Below are positions 55,137-64,000 of a DNA stretch of 64,000 nt, in pieces (position 1 is the first letter of the stretch; the number at the start of each line of letters is the position of its first letter). A program made the position numbers and the translations under genes. Below the pieces are notes generated by a model. That model worked only from the letters and a program-made list of their open reading frames with translations. It made no database searches and had not been told where the DNA came from. Origin of the DNA: Eledone cirrhosa (Eukaryota); contig OZ024740.1 in the NCBI GenBank assembly GCA_964016885.1, positions 77,376,001 to 77,440,000 of the forward strand, written 5' to 3'.

Positions 55137-58100
55137 CTACATCCGCATGACCAGAGTAGGCCCACTCACACGGGCCATTCTCGCCACATTCACCCACCTT
55201 TCAGCAAATGTACTGGGGGGTGGCAGCTCTTCTCTCTCCACCCTCACCTTCCTTTCCAAGTGAAACTTGAAAAAGTTGATGAGGGATTGGCCGAAGAGAA
55301 AAGTATCTGTCTTCAGTCCTTTCAACCTCGTCCACCATACAACCTCTTTCGCTACTGCCACCAGACAGAGGAAAATTGCCTGCCCTTCCTGGCCAAAAGA
55401 AGGCGGCGGGTCGATTCACTATGGACCCGGCCGATAGCCGGATCCGTTCTACACGCGACAACAGCTGTTCAACATAACTCCACAAGTCAGTAATGCACGG
55501 ACACTGGACGAGTGCGTGCAGAACGATTTCGTCGCTCTGCGCGCACCTCGGGCATGTCCGTCTGACAGCACTTCCGTGTCTGTAGAGTTTATCTCGAACC
55601 GGCAGTGCCCCCCCCGCCCCCCCGGTAGCACTGCCAAGCGAGGGATTTTTGGAAATTATCCATCGTCCCCGGCTCGAAAGTCCTCCAGTACAGACTGGTT
55701 AGTTCCACTTCGTTGATTCCCAGAGCCTATCCGAGTGCGTCGTCGCACTTGCCCACCACTAATCCTCTATAGAACTCGAGAGTAGAAGTTACACTGACCG
55801 CATTGCCCGCCTGGTAGAGGGCAGTGAGTGCCTGGCAACATTCCAGATGCCAGTCACCCAGTCTCGGTCTCTTCTTGACCCAGGACTGCAGCTCAGTCAA
55901 AGAAACGAACTGCGGAAAGGCCTGTCTGACAAACGGCGACCACACCTGTTCACCGTTTAGGCAGATTATCTGGAGATGCCGCAGCCTCAGAGCGTGCCTG
56001 CGCATCATTATCCACGGCTTACCCAGCCCTCCACGTAGAGGGTGCTGGCAGCAGATGGACCGCTTCATCAGCGGAACCTGACCCCTCCACAAGAATTTGA
56101 AGAGGAGCCGCTCCAAGATGGCGAGGCGCGAACGGGGCTAAGGGACGACGGTCAGACGGTAGTAGATGACAGACGCGATGTACGCATTCGCCACCTCCGC
56201 CCGACCTTTCAGTGATAGCTTCATCCCACCACATTTCTGGGTGAGACTGGCTACCCTGCCCGTCACCTCGTCCCAATTCTTATCCACCTGGAGGTCTGGC
56301 CCGAACCAAACCCCGAGCAACTTTACCGGTCCGTCCAGCGCCTAACGACGCTGTTGGACGGCATGGACTTGCCTCTCCAGGTGCTGAGTTGCAAGCCCAC
56401 CGACTTTTCCGGGTTAAGTTTTGCTCCCGTCAACCTTTCATATTCCACCAATAAGTTGCCGACCACCTCGATTTCTGAGGTGTCCGACACCATCGCGGTG
56501 ATATCGTCCGCATAAGCCGACACAGCCTTTCCGCGTCCCGGTTCGAGCAGTAAAGGCTCGAGAGTCAATACGTATAGAAGGGAGGAGAGAAGGCACCCTT
56601 GACGGACCGATTGGGAGACCTGAAACGGTTCCGAGAGGTGGCCATTAATTTTGACCATCGAGCCTGGTGCCGCTGTGCATTGCAGCGATCCAGCTTCTGA
56701 AGACAGGGCCGAAGCCAGCCGCCTTGAGGACAGCCTCCAGGTACCGATGGTCGACTCTATCGAATGCTTTCGATTGATCTAAATTGATCAGAGCCCCACC
56801 GAAACCAGGTTTACACCCTACCCTCTCTATGATGTATCGCATTAGGTGGAGGTTGTCGTGTATGGACCTGGTTGGGATTGCGCAAGTTTGCACCTCCCCA
56901 ACCAAATCCCCGACGACAAACACAAACCTCTTCGCTAACACCCTGGCCAAAATCTTAAACTCTGTGTTGAGCAGAGTTATGGGCCTGAAATTGTCTAATG
57001 TGTCCCTCTTGTTCTCGTATTTCCTTATCAACGTCACTAGGCCCCGGCTCACAGAACTGGGAATACTCCCGTTTTGATGCCAGTTGCAGTAGAGGGCTTC
57101 GAGGAGATTGGAGAACAAGTCTGGCATATTTACGTAAAGCTCGTAGGGCAGACCATCCAAACCGGGTGACTTGCGCCTCATGCAGCCGACAAGGGCATCC
57201 TGAATCTCGGCTGAAGTAATTGGCCTTTCACAGCGCCCAACTTCAGCCATCGAGGTAGGGACTGAAGTCCGCCACCGTCTCTGACCCGCCACTTCCCCCT
57301 AACAACCGAGCAAAATGTTGGCGAATGGCCTCACACATCCACTTGGAATTGCTTAGCTCGTGTCCGTCTAGGTCCGTCAAAGACCGAATCGTGGTTTTAT
57401 TACCACGCTGCGCCTCTGCCACGTGGGCCCATCGATCAACTTTGGTTCCCTCGTTTCTCAGAGCACGCGCCTTAGCTCTGACAATGCAACCTTCGTGTTT
57501 CGCATTGAAGAAATGGTCTAATGCCATTCTCGCCGCTAGCACATCAGTTGCAATGCCACTACCAATAGCCTCGTGTCTAACTTATCTACCAACTCCCCTT
57601 TCTATTTTTCTCTAACGCTACTTCTTTGCTAAACTCTATCGACATTACTATAATCTCTCTTTTGAAAGCCCCCCCCCCCCTCCCCTCACCATCTATTGTT
57701 GACTCCTCCTCCTGTCAACTTTTTCTTAACTAAATTGTTGACCTAGTCCCTGTAAGCCTTACGTGCCGGAAATGACATGTTTAGCTTCCAGTAACCAGGT
57801 CCTAACCTACGCGTCTTATCTAGGTCGACCATACAGATCACAAACTTGTGATCTGAATAGGCGACCGTTTTAAAACGTGGACAGCTTACACTATTTCTGT
57901 CTATTTTCCTAATTAATATCCTGTCTATATACGATCTAGATGACCCTATGCGGTTAGTCCAGGTCCACACTGGCGCATTAGGGAAATCTAGTCGGTACCT
58001 GTCAGACAGTTGGAACTGGCTGATCAGGTTCTTGAGGCTTTTGCACCCCCGCTCCTATCGGATACTCCCACACAGTCCCAGCGTGCGTCTAAGATGCGGT

Positions 58101-58527
58101 TCCAGTCCCCCGCTAACAGTAAAGGGCGAGACGTACCCAGAAAGGCCTCCAGGCGTCTAAAGAAGCCCGGCCGTCCTGCCCCAGTAGGGGCATAAATAGC
58201 CACCAGTCTAAAGACACCACCTTCGTTATTGCTCACGTCCAGAACCACTAACTTCCCGTCCGGGTCCCGGAAGATCGACGTTACCTCGAGATCCAAGCCT
58301 TTCCTAAACAGCACTGCCATCCCGCCTCCCATTCCCGGCCGGCTAACAGATGCAAAGATCTGATAGTCGTCGAAAATGGGGGCTAGTGCGCGCGTATCGG
58401 AAATCCTGGTCTCGCTGACGACAATTACATCTGTTTCTATAGACCTGAGGTCGTTGAGCAGGTGACCCTGCTTCCAGGACGATCCCAGGCCTCGAACATT
58501 TAAACTTCCTACTCTTAATATGGCCAT
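55137..58527 (-). pseudogene. LINE ORF2 (APE endonuclease + RT + zinc finger), frameshifted
   Basis: SLNVRGL, VSET, IYAP, LAGDWN, SYIDRI, SDH (APE domain); KSPGLDGLP, FRPITLLN, LDQSKAFDRVDH, RQGC, AYADD (RT). Split over many frames. Confidence 0.92.
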
Positions 58528-58559
58528 GTTGGCAGGTTAAAAAGAGAGAGAGGAAAGGT

Positions 58560-60553
58560 TCACTTACCTTCCGGGCTCTTATGAAGGTCGGGTTGTTCGA
58601 CCTCCATAGTTGGTGGGGTTTCTTTTGGGAGCCCCTTTAACAGTCTTGAAGTGGGTTTTACGTTCGGGGTTCCCACGTCCCGAGGAAATCTGTCTCGTAT
58701 CTCTTTGTATAAATCGAGCGACATTCGCACCAGAAACAAATGTGCTCGATTTAAAAATTTCCACATTTTTTTTGTATATTTTCACTTCGTGCTACGAGGG
58801 CCATCAGTTCCTTGTTGGCCCTCCTGACGAGCACGAAGTTTTGTATGTTTTGTTGGTGTGATTTTATTTGTTTGCGTGTGGCTGTGGTGGTGATGGTTTT
58901 GGTGGTGTTGTTTCGGTTGTCTGTGTTTGTTGTGAGTGCGGTGTCTGTAGTTTCAGATGTTTGTGTGTGTATTTGTTCTTGCGTCTGTTTAGGTTGTTTG
59001 CGTTTGGTGGATTCTGGTGATGGTGATGGTGGTGTTGATGTTGGTGTTATTGGAGAGATGTTTGCGTGGGTGGTGTCTGCGTTTTTTATTGTGGGTGATT
59101 TTGTGCTTTGTTGAGTTTGTTTTTTTTCATTTTTATGTTTCCTTTTTTGTATTTTGGGGGATTTTGGTTTTCCCTCATCTTCACTACTGGTAGATGAGGG
59201 GTCTGTGTCTGTAAGTGTGTCTGTGTGTGTGTTTATGTTTTTATTGGTGTGTGTATTTTGGGAGGGAGGGGGAATTTGACAACTTTCCTCGTTTCTCCCC
59301 TGGGTGGTCAATGTTGGTGGTGGTCTTTCTATTGGTGTTGTTGGTGGTTTTGCCGGTGCTGGCGTTCTTTGTGGTCCTCGCCCCGGCGTCGGCAGCAGTG
59401 GAGCCTTTCGACTCCTTGCATCTTTCAGCAGTTGGGGGCAGAAGGCTCTCAAATGGGTTTTTCCCTACAAACAAAACAATGCGGCCTTTTACTCTCGGTC
59501 ATAATATGAATGACCGTCCCATTCTGAAGGCGGATGTGGTCCGGGATTGTCTTCACATTCTCGAGCCTTATATGGAGAAGGATCTCCAGGTCAACCCCGG
59601 ACCAGTCATCTCTGGCCGTTATGGTCACTTCTATCAAGACGGTATCCCTCGCCTCCACAATCACACATCCCAGAAGCCACCACATGTCAAGTCCTGGTGG
59701 GATTCTGGGAATGCGGAGACGGGCCGTTCTTTTTCCCATGTGGGAGGGGTACATTATGACCTTGCTGGTTTTGCATGGAGTCATAGCGTGTTTCACAGCG
59801 AGGGCTTCTGACTTGAACAGCACCGAAATGGTGCCGTACTGTCTGCCCCTCGCTATGTATTCGGTGTCTTCTCTGATGCACCTCAGCGCGACTTCGACAT
59901 CTGCTTGTGGGATTAAAGCTGCCCTTTTGGTTTGTGCTGAGATGCATCTATAATGCACCGTTCTGCGCTCCACTGCCTCAATAGCTTCTACCGGGACAGT
60001 TAAGTTGGCCCAGGTTTGTTCTTGCTTGATGAACTTCCATGCCTGGGCCAACTTTTCATCTTTGTGTGAAAGGTCCATGTTGAAGCATGGCCTCTTTTTT
60101 TGCTGCTGCCGCAGCGAAAGTGTTCTTCTTGTTGTCGTTGGGAGTGTTGTTGTTGTTGTCGTTGTTCTTGTTGGTGTTGTTGTTATCACTGTCGCTGTTA
60201 TCATTGTTGTCTTTGGTGCCACCGTTGTTCTCGGTGCAGTTGGTATTGTTGCTGTTGGTGGTGTCGCTATTTATTTTCATGTTAGTGGTGTTGATATTGT
60301 TGTTGCATTTGTCATTTTTTCTGTTCTCTGTATTTTCGTTGTCGCTGTTACTGTTATTTTTTTTCAAAATTCTCAGAGTTCTCAGTGTTGTTATCATTGG
60401 TGTCTTTGTTTACATTGTTTGTGGTGGTGTCTGTTGTATCAATTTCTGTTAATTTGTTAATTTCGCCGTAGCGTTCCTCTCAACTTCTACGTCGTTGTCG
60501 CACCACAGCAGACATATCGCTGGGGGGGGGGGGGGGGGGGGGGCCTCAGCCAT
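58560..60553 (-). pseudogene. LINE ORF1 (gag-like: Asn/Thr-rich low-complexity regions, central domain, zinc knuckle), frameshifted
   Basis: ORFs 60056-60397, 59449-60222 and 58751-59452 abut one another. CFVCREK../MRAFCP reconstructs a CX2CX4HX4C-like knuckle across a frameshift near 59455. The start position is uncertain. Confidence 0.7.
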
Positions 60554-61061
60554 GTTTTTATTGTTGTTTTTTTCGATAATTTTTTAAAAGTTCAAATATT
60601 TGGGCCAAAAGGCCCAAATATTATTCTTTCCCCTTCACAGGGCAAAGTTCAAGGGCTTGTATGCCTTACACAACAACAAAACAATTCAATAAATCAGTTT
60701 TGACAGGTAAATAAGTGAACTTACGGGAGCGAGCAAAAAGACGTCCGTTCAGACTCAATAATCATAATAATAATAATAATAATAATTGTTTATACTTTTG
60801 GCACAAGGCCACCAATTACCCAGTGCATTAATAATAATGGTTTCTGGATTAGGCATATGGCCAGCAATTTTGGGGCAGGAGAAAGGTCGATTAAATCGAC
60901 CCGACTGATGCTTTATTTTATCGATCCCGTAAAGAGGAAAGGCAAAGTTCACCTCGATGGAATTTGAACTCAGAACATAAAGAGCCATAACTCTATGCCA
61001 CGAAGTAGGGTGCCCGATGCTCTACCGATAATATCAATCTAAATAACAATAATAATAATAA

Positions 61062-62060
61062 CGATTTCTTTATTAACCACAGGTTTACATTAAACAAAAC
61101 ATTATGACTGCACAGAAGGAAATACAAATTCCCCCATAGGGGGGAGTTTCCAAGAGTCACTCGTGGAGAAATCCCACAAAAATCTACGGTCACTCTAACT
61201 GCTAGGGCACAAATCCCCTCCCAGTTGTCCTCCTCAAATCTACAAGTGCATACTCAGAGCAGGTCCATTCACACGTGCCATGCTCACCTCTCTCACCCAT
61301 CTTTCAACAACCTGGTTGGAAAACACCACTTCGCTCTACACCCTGTTTTTCTCTGCAAGTGAAACCTGAAAGAGTTAATCAGAGCTTCGGTGAAGATGAA
61401 AGTGTTTGTCTTCAACACTTTCAGACGTATCCACCACACTACATCTTTCGCCATTGCTACCAGATAAATAAAGACTGCCTGCTCTTCCCGGCTAAAGGAA
61501 GGTGGTGAGACAATCTTCGCGATCGACTCAGCAGATACACATGTGACAGCAGGTGTTCGACATAAACCCACAAGTCAACAATACTTGGAGACTAAACGAG
61601 TGTGCGTAGGACAGTTTCGTTGTTTGGCACGCATCTCGGACAGGCTCGGCTAATGGCACTTAGAATCCTGAAGAATTTACTTTGAACAGGCAATGCTCAC
61701 CGTTAGCACTGTCAGGCTAGAGATTTCTGAAAGTTGTTCATGGGCCCTGGATTAAAGGTTCCCCGGAAAATTTGATTATCGTCGATGGGCAGTCGCTTTT
61801 ACCCGCCACGTAGTCGCTTTTACCCGCCAAGAACCCTCTTTAGAACGCCAGGGCAGAGTCTCCACCAATTGTTGTGCCCGGTTGGCTGAGAGCTGTGAGC
61901 GCTTGAAGACATTCCGTTCTCCAAGTGATCCTTCTCCGTCTTTGCTTGAACCAGGACTGCAGCTCTGCCAAGGAGACGAGCTGGAGAAAAACGTGCCTAC
62001 CGAACAGCCCCCACAGTAGTTCAACGACAGGAAAAAGTTGGCGATGTCGTAGCCTCAGAC
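61062..62060 (-). mobile_element. Older 5'-truncated Tx1/L1-clade LINE fragment with an (ATT)n tail
   Basis: ORF 61293-61571 (VAMAKDVVWWIRLK) is homologous to the other two copies. The 3' end is GTGGTTAATAAAGAAATCG-(TTA)n. Confidence 0.85.
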
Positions 62061-62599
62061 AAAACTAAATCGAATAAGGGGCAATACAAAAAATAAATAT
62101 TTTTGATCTCTGATGTAGACGTTTCTTTTGTATTCGAATTGAGGACGACTAGATATATTAACCGTTTCTTTCTATGCCATAACTGTCACACAGCTAAATT
62201 CTATTTCCTATCATTGATGAAAATGAACATATGTTTGTGCTTCATGCAATCATATTGTTGTCATCTGTTTCTATTGTATCCTATGTTGAAACATAATATT
62301 ATTGCGCTTCATTATGTTCTGTCTTTAATGTATATTGTTGTTTTAAGGGTAGTGGAGAGTAGGATAGGTAAAGCGGCTGGCAAAATGCATCGTAGTATAT
62401 CATTACGTTGCGTTCAAATCTTCACTTTTCATCGTTTACTTTACTTTTCGTCCTTTCTGACTCAATGAATTAAGTACCAAGCATCTATTGGGGTTTTATC
62501 TGATTGACGTTTCACACTCCTCCCAAAAGTTTGTGGAATTCTGCGTATGATAGAAATTATACTACCGTTGTTTATGTCGAATAGTTAGTATCATGTGAG

Positions 62600-63050
62600 G
62601 GTCGGATCCGGCTACCAACGATGTCTCTCACGAATATCGCCCCGCTGACTTCCTTTAATAAAGAAGAGCTTGTAGCCTTCTTCTGCAAGGTAAAGGAATG
62701 TGGATGGCTGATGTAACTGAAAGGTTTCATGTGACAGAAGTTTCCCTTTCAGGCAAGCCCTCATCGACATATTGAAGTACCACTTGGGGAGGATATGCGG
62801 GTAGAGAAGGAGGAGCTTTTCTCTAGTAAAATTTATGAAAGGTGAGGGCAAGTAACAAAATTGGCATGGTGTATTCTAAATATGTGGCTACGGGTTGGCG
62901 TCAAGTATTGGAAGAAGACACTTGTCTTTGGTATGTCAGGTTTATCCGGATTTGTGTGTGGGTTGCCCAGAATCTCCCTTTGTCGCCAACCTTAATTGCT
63001 GTTATTTTCTTATTCTTCATTATATATGTGTTAAAATACCGTAGCATTTA
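62600..63050 (+). pseudogene. Decayed 3' fragment of the same LINE group, plus strand
   Basis: Peptides such as LKGF and MRVEKEELFSSKIYER* align by eye to RLKGL...IRMEREVLHPSRFYERW. Confidence 0.5.
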
Positions 63051-63128
63051 CTGTTAAAACAGTCACACATTAGCTAATGGGTAGTGTGGAGATATTCATT
63101 TTCTAAGAATATATGTATGTATATATAC

Positions 63129-63179
<51 letters not shown>

Positions 63180-63185
63180 TGTGTG

Positions 63186-63235
<50 letters not shown>

Positions 63236-63246
63236 ATATGTATATA

Positions 63247-63308
<62 letters not shown>

Positions 63309-63309
63309 G

Positions 63310-63385
<76 letters not shown>

Positions 63386-64000
63386 AGATGCAAGCATGAT
63401 TGTGCGCTTAATGAATTCGCTTCGCAACCACGTGCTTTTGTGTAGTATTTTTCTTGTTTTTGTTTTCTTGTTTATTCCACCCCAGCTCTGACTGAGCAAT
63501 CCTGCTACCGGAGACATTCCAGCTGTTGTTATCCTGTCTTTTGCACAGATATAGTTCATTTAGTTTGCATTATCTAATGTGGTCTGCCTTTTTGTAAGGA
63601 AATAGGCGTAATTTAAGGGATATTTTGGCTGATATTTTCAGCAGATCAAGTAACCATGCAGACACTCCCTTTCGGCTTGAGCATTTTAAAGTTATTGACA
63701 TTTTTATATGTGGTGGCATCTTGCATCACACCCAAAGATCAACTATACTATGAAAACAAAATACTTAAGATTGAAGACAAGCAGGGCCAGCAGAGAAAAT
63801 AATTCGTAGTTGAAACAGTTTAAGAACGGTAAAGACCTCATCATGACTTGTTAAATCATTTTCAAACATACAGTAGACTACTCAGGCGCTCCCGACTCAA
63901 TCGTCACTCCTATCATCCCCATCGTATGCCCAACCATCCATGCTTCACACTAACAACTATGCTCGGTCGTTACTCCCCAGAACGTCGGCTTTCTACAACT

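Larger units (their letters stand above)
54874..60756 (-). mobile_element. Near full-length, disrupted Tx1/L1-clade LINE flanked by (TAA)n
   Basis: 5' start GAGTCTGAACGGACGTC at 60756, then ORF1 and ORF2. AATAAA (54881-54886, minus) is followed by an (ATT)n tail. (TAA)n also lies at 60757-60785. Confidence 0.92.

Overview
Gene-poor, very AT-rich eukaryotic (animal) genomic DNA, saturated with (TA)n/(CA)n/(GATA)n/(TAA)n microsatellites, tRNA-derived SINEs and decayed non-LTR retrotransposons. The repeat repertoire suggests an octopus or other coleoid cephalopod; that is my inference. I could not support any host protein-coding gene. The real ORFs belong to Tx1/L1-type LINEs (46.5-48.4 kb, 54.9-60.8 kb, 61-63 kb). 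There are also remnants of Penelope-like, R4/Dong, RTE and I-group elements. The main hidden signal is at the RNA level. A 5.4-kb block (13564-18963) consists of near-identical 310-bp units, each carrying a complete type I hammerhead ribozyme (CUGAUGA...GAAAC-GC-GUA). There are 7 ribozymes on the minus strand and 11 on the plus strand, joined head-to-head as a giant asymmetric palindrome, with both outer ends in (TA)n. At least seven other short, sequence-distinct repeat families in the window carry intact or decayed hammerhead cores with palindromic stem III. They repeat the same pattern: partial tandem or head-to-head inverted copies whose 3' ends abut (TA)n. Together this looks like a local population of (TA)n-targeted ribozyme mini-retroelements (retrozyme or non-autonomous Penelope-like), with a decayed Penelope-like RT/GIY-YIG element nearby as the plausible class of helper. 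All folds were paired by eye and no searches were run.
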